Positions 48,618-61,165 of a stretch of DNA of 64,000 nucleotides are shown in pieces. Position 1 is the first letter of the stretch, and each line of letters begins with the position of its first letter. Below the pieces are notes generated by a model, which searched no databases, was not told the origin of the DNA, and worked only from the letters and a program-made list of their open reading frames with translations. Source of the stretch: Enoplolaimus lenunculus (lineage: Eukaryota); contig JASANG010002365.1 of assembly GCA_030248215.1 (NCBI GenBank), forward strand, positions 1-64,000, written 5' to 3'. The translations under genes were made by a program, and so were the position numbers.

Positions 48618-51600
48618 TCGAGATATTGCTTTAAGCCGAAATGTTATATATTTTAAATTTAAAAATGTTAAAGTTAAACGGGACTCGGATATTTGATACA
48701 AAACCAAGGTCTGTATGGCATCAGAAACTTCTGTTAATGTTTCAGTTCCGGCTTCTGTTACGGTCCAGTGCGATTGCGACGCCGGAAACCTATTAATTAT
48801 AAACCCCGCGACCGTCCTCTCATCGCACGGATACCGCGATCCACACCCCGCTCCCGCCCAGTCCACGGTGTCCACGACCCCCGTACATGTCTTTTCAAAG
48901 CGTACGAATAACTCCGGGTCCATATTGCCGTTTAATCATGTATACCCTAGAATATGGCTGACCGATCACAAACCGTACGCAACGAAAGATCATGTTTTTA
49001 CAGTTCAAATAAATTTCAGTTCAACCGAATCGCCAATTTGATTTCGGTTACGATCAAATTGTATTCGATTTGAACGGTGGTTGAAATCTATAATTAACCT
49101 AAACCCAAATCCGCAAGTGTAAATTGCAGCTGCAAGTTTTTTTAGTTTCGAAACTGTGTACTTGCAAATTGTAGCAGCGAATTATCGCTGCGTAAACTTG
49201 CAAGTGTGGTTTCGGCTCAAGACAATAGCAATGGTACAAGTTAGGATAAATATATGATCTAACAGAAACTGTAACTGGACATTTTTACTGTAGTGATCCA
49301 AAGAAGAGGGGGTTCCCATTTTGAGTCGCAGTAAATAAAAGTCTACACGCCTGGTCCTTTAGTGAATAAAGGACATAAGTCTTGATAGAGTCCATAAAAG
49401 AGACCAAAGCTGAAAAATGGCCTACACTGTTCAAATATGTAACAGACGCTCAGAGAACCCGCATAGCATTTGCGAAATCCAGAAAATAGATTAACGGACA
49501 TGACAATCAACAAAATGATTCGGAGTAAAGTTTACATCTGCGCCCTTCAGAAAGAATATAACAAGAAGGTATTGCGTACAATAATTATTATCCCTTTCTT
49601 ATTCAGGTCACTACAGTAACCAAATTCCCAAGTCGATAGCTAGCCTTATGAGCCGATATTGGTACCATATAATATAGAAACTAAGGGAATACTGTTTGAC
49701 AAAGTGATACGGACAGAACTTCAAGGTACCCAGTACCGGAAGTGTGCCTGCGGTTCCGGTTGAAAATCGAATTTCGTCTTCGGTTGAAAATCGACTTCCG
49801 GCTCCGGTTAAAACTCAACTTTCGTCTCCGGTTGAAAATTGACCTCCGGTTCCGATTGAAAATTGACCTTCGATTCCGACAGCATTTCTGTTAAACGTTC
49901 TTCTGGTGCACGTTTATGGTTTTTATGTCGAGTAAAACAATTCAAGTGCAGTCACAAAAACAAAAAAAAAACACGCAACAAATCATATGCGATTATAAAA
50001 GCATTTAGAAAATTGCAAAAAAATACAAACTGCAGCATTAATTGCAAGCAACAATTAAATATTGCATTTATCTGAACTAATCTGTTCAGCAGACATAAGA
50101 GATTTTTGGCCTCGTGAAAAAAGTTTGCGATCTCATTGCAATGGTGATTTTACGGTGACAGTGTTGTTCTTGCTTCGTGTCGTCTGTAGGACGTATGCTT
50201 CACTCCGTCAGAGAATTTTTTGTGATAAAATGGTACGGTGTATACAAGACAGCTGCGAATACACAACAGCTATGTCAGTCAACAGCGTTCGAGTGTTTTC
50301 GGTTATTGCCCGCAATCGCTGTTTGAACAAAAATGGTCCGATTTTGACAATTTTTGCTTATTTGAGCTTCTCATGACGTCCTCTGATTATATGTTTACGC
50401 AATGTAATTGTTTGAAAAATTCGATTGTTTTCGGCGTCCACCTTTGGGACAGAAAATAAAATTTGTCAAAAAACAAATATTATTGTAAATCATTCAACGC
50501 AGGCTTTACGACGCCGACTCAAATGGTGTTCGCGATCCGACGACTATATTTGACAAACACAATTCTCTGCTCCGATTGTGGCACCGAACAACAAAATCTC
50601 TCAAATAAGCTCAAATATGCAAAAAATTTTCAAAATCAAACCATTTTTGTGAGAAATTCGGCTGGGTGAAATAACCAAAATAAAGCTCTGGTTTCAAAAC
50701 TAAAATTTTTGAATTAAAGTCTGAGAATTGCGTTTGGATTCTCACTTGCTTCGATAGCAATCTATTTTACTGTTGCGCATCACACAGACTTGCGGACACA
50801 AATTGCTTGATCCACCATCGACATACAATGGCTTACCGAGTAGGAGGTGGGGCCAATGTAAAGAACAGTGGCGGAACAATGTTATTAGTGTATTTCTAAG
50901 CCTAAGCCTAAGCCTAAGCCTAACCGTAAGCGTAACAATGAGCATATTCATGAGCCTAAGCCTAAGCGTAAGCGTAACAATGAGCATATTCATGAGCCTA
51001 AGCCTAAGCGTAAGAATGACCATATTTGTAAGCCTACGCCTAAGCCTAAGTCAAGCAAAAAATATTCCAAAGCTTAAGCTTACTCTTTTCTAGTCCCACA
51101 GAAACACGTTCCGCTCCTGATCTTTACATGGACCGAAGATGGCATGAGATAAACCGTTTTGATTTTAAACCAGATAATTTTTAAGAATGTTTTCAATCGG
51201 TAAATGACACAGGTTTTTATAAAACCAACGTTCTCCCGTTCAGATTTTTTTACTTTTATTCGATTAATTACAAAACAGAAACTATAGTAGTAGCAAATTG
51301 AACAATTACATAAAGTTTGTACGATCTGTACAGAATGTTAGCTTGCATTAAGCTTAATTTTGTTTGTTTCACGTCTTATTGCGGACTTAAAATGCAAAAT
51401 TGCAGCGGCAAAATATCGCTTTAGTAATGAAATCGACCGCAAAATGGAATTAGATAGGCTAACCGTTCAAAAACTAGGAACTGGGCCCATATTCTGAAAT
51501 GCATGTTGCACCTATGATCAGTTGGTGATACGTCTTGTAACTTTCGAACCAGTGAATGCTTAGTTTCAAAATTCATTACATTTTCCGCAAATCATTTGCT

Positions 51601-52470
51601 TTACTTCTGTACCACTTTTGAGTACAGCAACTGCGTTATAGTGCGTTTGAAATCCTATTACTAACTGATGATAGTTGCTATACACGTTTGAGAATATGGG
51701 TCCTAATTAGTAGCAGCGACGTTTCTTTATGAATACCGATCCTTTTTGATATGTACTGCGTTTCTTTGAAGATGAATATCTATGAATATCCCGTACCCAA
51801 TTACTGCGAAACTGTTTAACGATAAAATGTTTACGCGAACCATATAACGATCAGGGGTGAAACGTTTTTCTGTGGGATTGCAACAGAGTAAGCTTAAACT
51901 GTAGACTAATTTTTTGCTTACAAACTATAGACTAATTCTTAGCTTACGCTTTGGCTTAGTTATAGGCCCATGCTTACGATCAGGGTCAGGTTTGGGCTTA
52001 GCCTTAGGAATAATCTTAATACGACTGCTACGTACACGTTCAATAAATTGGCTATATGTGCAATGGTTACACTTTGCCAGAGTCACACAATTTCTAAAAA
52101 AATTGGCTCAGGTGAACAATACGACCCAACCCACAAAGCATAAGCCTAAGCCTAAACCTAAAGCTTTATTAGCTAAACGTAAGTCTAAATTTTTGTCTAA
52201 TCATGAGTCTAAGCTTAAGCCTTTCAGTCTATAAGTCCACTGGGTGCCCTGTCTCGCAATGGACAGGCCTTTATAATTAAGATTAGCCCAAATATTTAAT
52301 AACTTGTTACCGACATAATAAAACAAAAAAATAAGTTCTGAAGTTAAACAAACTTGAATATGTACGCATCTAAACACCAATTATTGATAGTTTTTGATTT
52401 AATTATCAAATCATATTTGATAGGTAAAAATGTTTTCATATCCGGCATAGTGTAGCAACCATCAAATTTA

Positions 52471-52488
52471 TAACAAAACAACAACAGC

Positions 52489-52558
<70 letters not shown>

Positions 52559-52615
52559 ATTAATAATAATAATAATAATAACAAACTAACTAACAAACAA
52601 CAACAACCAACAACC

Positions 52616-52650
<35 letters not shown>

Positions 52651-52751
52651 GAAGAAGAATCACGACAACATGAACACCAACAATAATAACAGTAACAATA
52701 ATAATAACAAGAATAATAATAACAACAATAAAAATATATAATCATAATAAC

Positions 52752-52787
<36 letters not shown>

Positions 52788-52808
52788 TATAATAATAATA
52801 ATAATAAT
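52471..52808. repeat. Compound (AAC)n/(AAT)n microsatellite
   Basis: Long trinucleotide runs. Confidence 0.95.
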
Positions 52809-54259
52809 ATCTTGGTGTTGATCACAAACCTTTTAAAAATGATAAAATTCTTCTCTCAAAACTGTTTGATATTGATTTATATAAAACATAACGTCGCAAA
52901 TTGGAAGCATATGTTCCCACAACCAGATCCAGGAACGTGTAGCACGGTGCACACTCCCCCATCAGAAAATATTTTGTGATAAAATGGTAAGGTCCCTGCC
53001 TTACAATTAATCCCCATCCCACACATAATATTGGCACATATATAACATACAGTAAAAATTGCGTTTCGATAAATATTTGCCAACTTGCCTCCCGTTAGAA
53101 AATACTAAATCCGCCGCTGAGTGTACCACCAAAATAATTGGCTGGGGTGTGCATTAGGGATTAGCGAACAAAATTTTAAATGAACTTCGACAGATGTAAA
53201 TTTTTAATTTTTTTGGCAGTATTAACCCCAAATCTATACGAAAATATACTTAAGAAACACCAAGCAGAATACAGGTACTAGGGTATTAATATCTCGCAGC
53301 CCCTGAAGTCTTCAGTTATAAGTGATGCTCAAAAATGCTAATTTCAGCCGTGTTCCGCGTTTACTTTCACTGATTAAGGTTAAATGGCCCATATTCTCAA
53401 ATGCGTATAGCACCTATCATCAGTTAGCGATAGGATTTCAAACCGACGAAACGCTGCTATTGAAGATCTCAAAATTGGTACAGCAGTAAGGCAACTCAAA
53501 TGCAAACAATGCGCTGAATTTCGAACCTCACTATGCGCTGGTGCTAAAGTTACAGGAGCTATCGCCAACTGGTGATAGGTGCAACACATATTTGAGAATA
53601 CGGGCTCTTATCCGTATTTTTCGCTATTGACTGAAACTGACTGTGTTGTTCAAAATTATTTTCTAACATAAATATTAATGTGTTTTAATAAACAAACAAT
53701 ATAATTTGAACGTAAAAATCTTTTATATGATTTTTAAAACAAAGCAATGTTAACTAAATATACTACTGAAATTGGTAAATTTGGCCACAATTCGAGTTTC
53801 AGGAGCTGGTTTAGTATTGTTCGTTAGAATAGGTTTAGCAAGAAAAGCATAGGCTCATACAATTTTCGTCCCACAATTTAAAGCCTAATCAGGACTAATT
53901 TTGACGTCTATTTGAAACGCTAATCTTCAGCCTAAGCGAAAGCCTAAACCTAAAAGTCGTCTTAAAGTCTACGTTATATCGCAATCTGATGAATTAAGCA
54001 CCGGCTCGGAGCAATCTCGCCCCACAACCAGGAACTCTTTTATTTGTTTTTATTGTTTTTAATTTGATTTTTATCTAAATTTGTAACTTTAGTCAAAATA
54101 GATTTCCAAATTTTTGAACAAAATTTCCACTCTAGGCAAGACGAGTTTTTCATCATAGAATGGTTTTTATGCTGTTCTTAGGGACTACAGCGCCTATGCC
54201 ATCGTCTCCAATAGTTGCAGGCACCAGGAGATGTGTACAAGAATCAAACATTACATATG

Positions 54260-54645
54260 TTGCAGCTCAAGTCGTATTTCAGCCCAATTCTGAATTGGGA
54301 TAGTCCACAGTCGAATTTACGACTTGGGATAGCCCCAGGGCACAATCATGTCTGATAAAGCTGTGCGTTTTCTGATTGGTTACTTGATATTTGTAATACT
54401 GCGTGAGACCACTTTGCTCACTGAAACAAACTGTTTGGTAGCCAATAGCTAACGCTTACTTACCCAAACAGAAAAGAATATTTGCATTAGCTAAACGTAT
54501 TTGACTATGTCACTAAGGTAGTAAACCAATCAAAAAGTGTGCACTTGTGCCAGAGAAAAAATTGCACCGTGGACTACCTGAAGCCGTAATTCCGCCCTGC
54601 ACTAGCCCAATTCGGAGTTGGGCTGAATTATGACTAGGGCTACGA
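54260..54645. mobile_element. MITE with long imperfect TIRs
   Basis: GCAGCTCAAGTCGTATTTCAGCCCAATTC ... GAGTTGGGCTGAATTATGACTAGGGCTAC. Confidence 0.6.
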
Positions 54646-57600
54646 CACTTATACGTAGTAAAAACTTTTGTTTAATTGAATTTTAGTAATAACACTTGTT
54701 TTAAAGAATACAAGAAGCAAAAAACGGCTCGAAAAATTTTGAATTCAGTTATTCACACTTTAACAAACCATATTTACTAAAATTCTGGTGTCAATATCCG
54801 ATATTTTAAATCACTTCCAATCTGCATCAGTTTTTTTTCTTCAAAATCAATAAGAGATATTTCAAACGAAAATCTGATGATTTTAACTGAATATATCAAA
54901 TTTCTATCGCATCGTACTTATCTAATCGAATTCAAACAACGACTGAATGCTGGAATCATTCGTATATGAAAAATCTATTTTTTGCTAATTTTATGAAACC
55001 AAAATAAACCAAAGCCCAATTCACACTTACAAGTTTTTTCTGCGAGAACTTGAAGCTGTAAATGGACTGCAGAACTTGCATTTTTCCTCAGCCAATGACA
55101 TAGCGGCTAAGCGGAAGAATTTTTGTTGCCGGATACATAAGTGCCATGGTTCGCATAGGTTGTATCCCCCTCAAATGAAGGGGGTAGGCCAAAAACGCAA
55201 CGTGTGCCGGGTACATTCTTTTCTACACACAATGTGCTCAGTTGCTTACTCTTGTTGAAGTATACATCATCCACTATTGATAATACTGATGTACATCATG
55301 TACTCTGCTTTGTTTGTTCTAACTCACCAAAAATTCGTGTTTGTCAACTTTTAAAGATATTAACCGCTTGTCAGCGACTTTATAATTTAATTTTAATATT
55401 TGTTGTCCCGCGCAAACAAATTAGATACAGCTAAAGAAATCACTCAAACAAAACTTAAAACTTGAAAATGTGACGTGCTAGGAAATATTGAATCTTGTGG
55501 AACACTTGTTTCTAATGCTACGCAACGACTACAACAGCTTGTAAGCTTCAAATTCTCTCTATAGAGTTCCAGTGAAGACTAGTGTAACTGTATTTAAATT
55601 AAAAACAATGACATCTTGTTTCAGCTTTAAAATTCATTCCTTCAACCCGCATCTTGTGAAACCGGATGTGGTTTTGAATTTTGAAATAAGTTCAAAAAAT
55701 TTGAATTGTCTTATATAGCATTTTGTCTCTGCTAAATTTAAAACGCACTTTTAGCATTAAATTCAAATGGAAAGTATCGGTTTTGAAAATGTGGAGACCG
55801 GGCCAGTAGCCTATGGGGGGTAGGGGTGTTGCGGCCACCTGGAAACATTTCACTCCATCTAGAAAAAGTTTATCCTTGATTGTAGGTCAACAAAAACGAG
55901 TTGTATGCCCCCTTCAGAAATTTTTTAGCTTCCCTTATAAGGAAGCTGGCTACAAGCCTGATTGGGAAACTCTTTGCTGCACAATGCCAGTGTTTGTAAA
56001 TATTCAATGACCCGAAATATATGGTGTCAAAATTGTTCTCAGATAACCAATATAGTTTACTCGGCTCTTGGCAATAAAATAGCTGAACGCAAAAGTGCTA
56101 GTCATAAACGCCAACAAAACAAATAAATACGCTACTGAACCAAAAATGAACGGACCGCAGTAAAAAATGAAAATAGTAAAAATTTCAACAATTTAACCTT
56201 GTAAACGAGTGACAAAAACCAAAAAATATCAGCAAAAATAAAAACTCAATTGAAAGCCGAAGTGCCTAATACTCAAACCGCTGGTGTGTCCAGAGCGAAA
56301 CACGCAAGACATGGTCCCTAAAAGGAATAAAAAGCTAAAATTTTGTGTTAATAAGCACTAAAATTGGATTTGGCGTTTCGCTCGGTTCGCTTGCTTTCAT
56401 TTTTTACTGTCGCACACGCGGTTCCGCCGACAGAAATTTACGAAACCACCACAGAGAGTGAAAATGCTGAATATAATATACTTTGAACGGATGTTTTAAA
56501 ATTCGCACAATATGCTGTATTAAAATATGTAAATACGACATTATAAACATAAAAACAAACACAAACTATAAAGCGTGTGTTGTATAACTTTTTGCTAGAT
56601 TAAGCTAGTTTTCGACAAAATTTCAAATTTAAATTGTAAAATCCACCAATGTCAGCCTATTCAAACTGAAGTTTCATTGCGTTCAACTGAAACTATTAAT
56701 AAACAATGTTCAGAAACAAAAATAGTTAAAATTATGACAATAGACCTAAAGGCTAAAACTATAAACATTTGAGTAAATTGCCCGAGTTACAATTGCTTGT
56801 TCAGGGCGACCAATGTCGGGTCGACGTGTCTTCTCACTCGAGTTTGTAGTAAAGGGTCATCCACGTTTAAACGCACGCACTAGTGTAAAAACTGTTCCAA
56901 CCACCTCGTTCGGAAGTGCATATAAAACAACATTCTGGTTTGGGATTTGAGACAACTCCAGTAGTGTAGTAGTCGGGTTCGTAGCCAAGGGGGCATGGCA
57001 GGGAAAGCTGAGCCCTCCTGGAATAATTTTGGCACCACCCTCGACGATTTTCAATCTAACTTGTAAGTCATTGAAAACCCTTGACTGCCCCTCCTGAAAA
57101 ATTCCCCCCCCCTTAGCAAGGTGAGCTGGCTACGGGCCTGATAGTAGTAAATGTTCTTACTCAATACGAACAGGTCAGGGCAAAATATATGTGTTTCCAT
57201 AAGTTCAGGACGCTCGAAACCTAATTTACCAGCAGATACAATGAATCTTTTCCATATATCAATACATAACAGCGCGGAGCAGCTATTATAACACAATGTT
57301 TACAGTCCTTTACAAGGGACTCATGACAAATCAAGTTGTTATCCAGGGCATATGGACGTATTCAATGCTATGCATGCGGCGTGTTAATAATTGTCGCAAT
57401 AGTTTCAAAATAACCAGTGGACGTTTTGAGTACTGCAACAACTGAACCTCTGGGAGCAACGTAGGGCAAAAAAGGTAACTCAATTTTTTTACAGTAGCGC
57501 TTGCGTTTTAACGTGGATTACCCATAATTGTGACAATTTACTGTTACAATGTTAAAATCATTTTATTGAATATATTTCTGATAAAAGCTGTCGCTGTAAA

Positions 57601-57699
57601 ACATGGCGTTCCGAGAAATTTGGATTGAAGAAGCCGCATCCTGCCAGCTTTGTGCCTTTGGTTTCCACCTAAAAGGTGAAATTTAGAACCCTTTAACTG

Positions 57700-59170
57700 T
57701 AGGCGAGATGCGGAAAACGGGAAAAGTGGAAAAGTGGAAAATTCTCAAGCGGAGGTAGAAGATTCGTTTTGGTTCGTAGGGACAGTTAGAGGTGTAGGCA
57801 AAGTTCGGAAAACGGGATAAGTGGAAATTTTAATGCCTAGATTTTTCTTTGGTTGGTAGGAAAAATCTGAAACATAGGTTTTGGTTGTGAAACCGGAATA
57901 TCTAAACGCCTAGATTTACCATGGGTGGGTTGGTAGGGAAAATCTGAAGCACAGGTTTTGTTTGGAAAACGGGAAAAGTGGAAAATTAAAATGCTTAGAT
58001 TATCCACTGTTTGGTAAGAAATACCTGCAGCATAGGTTTTGGTTGCAAAATGGGAAAAGTGGATAATTTAAAAGCCTAGATTTTCCCTTGGTTAGTGAGA
58101 AAAATCTGAAGCATATGTTTTGGTTGGAAACCGGGATAAGTGATAAATTTAAACGCTTAGATTTTCAATGAGTTGGCAGGGAAAATCAGATACAGTCATA
58201 GAGCCCGATTGATAAATGCGTACTTTAGTGACCCGAATAATGGAGGACTGATATTTATTTGGCCTCTCCAGAGGGTACCCCCCTGTTATTCGGTTACGGA
58301 CTGTTATTTATTTTTAACCCACGCTCCGCCACCATTCGTTACATATATAGCCGGTACTGCAATTATCCGTTCAATTAAATATTTATTTGTCTTGTGTCAG
58401 CTGCTTGAGCGATAATACAAGGTATACTTAAGTTTCGAACTCAAAATATTTGGTCCTGGAGTCATTTATGCGCTACAATTATATACGGGTAATTGACATT
58501 TATGGTATCTAATTAGGGTTTAAGGACTCTTACGGACTCTTCTTAGGAATAGGACTCCTATTGATTCGGAAACAAAATGGGGACCCCCTCTTATTCGGGT
58601 CAATACAGTACCTAATCTAGGCATTTGAATTTTTTAGTTTTCCCGTTTTCCAATAATTCCCACGATTTTCTCTACCAAAACCAAACTAGGAAAAGTCCGG
58701 GCAGTTAACCAAACAATGAAATTTTAGGTGTTTAAATTTTACACTTTTCCCGTTTTCCAAACAAATTTTACGCTTCAGACTTTCTCTACCAAATCTGGGA
58801 ATATTTAGTTTGAATTCATTACCAAACCAGAAAAACTCCGGGCGTTGGAATTTTCCACTTTTCCCATTTTCCAAACAAAACCTGCGCTTTAGACTTTCCC
58901 TACGAATCCTTGGTATATTTATACGTTTGAATTCCCTACCAAACCAGAAAAAGTCCTGACGTTGGAATTTTCCACTTTTTCCATTTTCCTGACAAAACCA
59001 ATGCTTCAGAATTTACCTGCCAACCCAGGAATACTCTAAGCGCTTAAAACTTTGCCAGTTTTCCCGTTTTTCAAACAAACTTTACACTACAGGTTTTCCC
59101 TACCGAACCAGGGATTATCCAGACTTATGAATTTTCCACTTTTACCCTGCAAAACCAATCCCTGTGGTTT
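57700..59170. repeat. Two degenerate arrays of an approximately 80-bp unit in inverted orientation, with a MITE in the middle
   Basis: Left arm GGAAAACGGGAAAAGTGGAAAATT...CTAGATTT; right arm AATTTTCCACTTTTCCC(G/A)TTTTCC; centre 58221-58610 is a TA-flanked MITE. Confidence 0.75.
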
Positions 59171-61165
59171 TTCCTACACTGCAAAAAATGGTGAGTCAAA
59201 TTGACTCTCTCCGAAATAGGCTCTACGGGACTACACAAACTGAGTCAAATTGGACTCCGCCAGAGTCATACATAGAGACTCATAATCAATTTGACTCTGC
59301 CATCAATACCAATTTCAGCCCCAGAACAGACTCCCCTGTGTACCAAACCAGTGGAACATCAAGCCGTCATGCATAGAGTGGCTAAGTTTCAAAAATGTTT
59401 TAACATTTTTCTGCCAACAAAGTTGAGGCGTGCTAAAATATTCACCAGGTTTTCTGAAATTTTAAAGAAAAAATAGCTGATGCATCGAAATTTTTAAGAT
59501 TTCAGATAAACTTCGTAATTTTTATTTAATTTCGAACAATTACAGCATATCTGCAATGAAAAATGGCGGAGATATACACGTGATTTTCGTAACTAATTTT
59601 CAGCGATCAAACAGAATTTACGCCTTCTCTATTTAGCGGAAACGGAAACGGAAACGACAGATTTTTACCGGAAACGGAAATCCGGATACAATCTGATATC
59701 ACAGACTTTCGATAGTATTGAAACTGTGTAAGTTAATACGCCGGAACGCAACGTATAGCAGAAATCAAATATATGAACCCATATTTCATTGCAAAATTAA
59801 ATGCAGAAACAAAATTGCATCGCACAGTTTCACATAATTTACGGTTACATTTGGACACGTATTTTTACATTGTTTATATATTTTGTTCCACTTTCTAGAC
59901 GCAACGAAACTAATGAAAAAACGAAAACGGCCGCAACTTTGCATTAAAGATAATCTGCGACCTTGTTATTCCAAAATTATTATAATATAAAAATACAGAT
60001 CATTAATGATATTCACTTTCTGCTCAAAATCCCAAGCATGCCACTTTTGTTATTCTAAATACATTGGGATTTTCTTTATCTCAGTATAGCGTGGATTGGA
60101 AAGGAATGCATTTTAATATTTGACATGCCAGAAGCCTAAACCAATTGATGCAGAATGCATATCTAAATTGATTGGGTTTCGTGTCTGTAAATTCAATAAA
60201 ATAAAATGAGCGGACAATCAATTGCTGTCGCCCAGCTTGTGTTATGTCTTGAAACTGAGAAATCTAGTCTTGTGTTTCAGAAAACTTAGAGTTTTGTAAG
60301 TTTTCCGCACAAAACCAACGTCTTTGATTTTCCATTCCAAACTTTTACAGTTTAAATAAATATCATTTTCCTGTTTTCCGAAAAATCGTACGTGGTAAAA
60401 TCTGCACTGTGGAAATTTTATATATACCATACCTTCTAGTTTTCCTCTTTTCCAATAAAAACCTGTTAGCATCCAGCCAAATCGGCGTTTGTTTAGGTTC
60501 AATTTGTGTACCGAAAAAACAGAATATTCCGCTATTTTTTATATCAGTTTCAAAACGCAGTTTTTCATCACAGATATGCTGCAGTTCGGCATGACAATAT
60601 AAACTACCCAGTTCATATAAATTCTTAAAATTTTGAGAACGCTCACTATCGTTTCGATCCATGTTAATACTTTGTAGGGCTGATTAGTCTATAATATCAG
60701 TTTTTTACGTATTTTCCGTTATAATGCACTATTCAATTTTTGAAATAGCAAAATAAGAAAAAACCTGTACTGCTGAATTTGTTATTTTTCAAGTGTTTCA
60801 ATTAAATAACTTCCGAAGTTTTAAACAAACCTACGTAAAATGGTTTGTAAACATATTATGCTTTAAGTAAATGAATGATCTTAAAAGGTATCTTGATGAC
60901 TAATATACCTAGTATAGTAGGGTTTTCTGCAAATTGGTATTTACTTAGCTAGGTGTCGAGTTATACAGCTAAATTTTTTGAGTATTTTACGGCTCAATTC
61001 TCATCTCGTTAAAAATTGTCATTTACAGCCGATTTTACATTTTCGACGATTAATTTCAATTAGAATAACACCTGGGTTCCCGGTTAAATGTTGATTTTAA
61101 GATTGCGTCTTAATTTACGTCTAGAACTTAACCAAGCCATTTTAACTTTGATCCTTGGCGCACAT

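Noticed and set aside
48534..49041. 129-aa (-) and 108-aa (+) ORFs as independent genes
   Set aside because: No recognisable domain; only the last part of the minus ORF (from 48617) is explained, as IDE exon 1.
52350..52448. Alternative IDE first exon MPDMKTFLPIKYDLIIKSK
   Set aside because: No usable donor after IIKS; exon 47518-47450 already supplies the VIKPKN segment in the right phase.
52468..52650. Poly-Leu membrane protein ORF
   Set aside because: Translation of an (AAC)n microsatellite.
56198..56312. Possible minus-strand signal-peptide exon (ALRLSIEFLFLLIFFGFCHSFT)
   Set aside because: The nearby ATG is out of frame, the acceptor is weak, and I found no compatible downstream exon; 48617-48549 fits IDE better.
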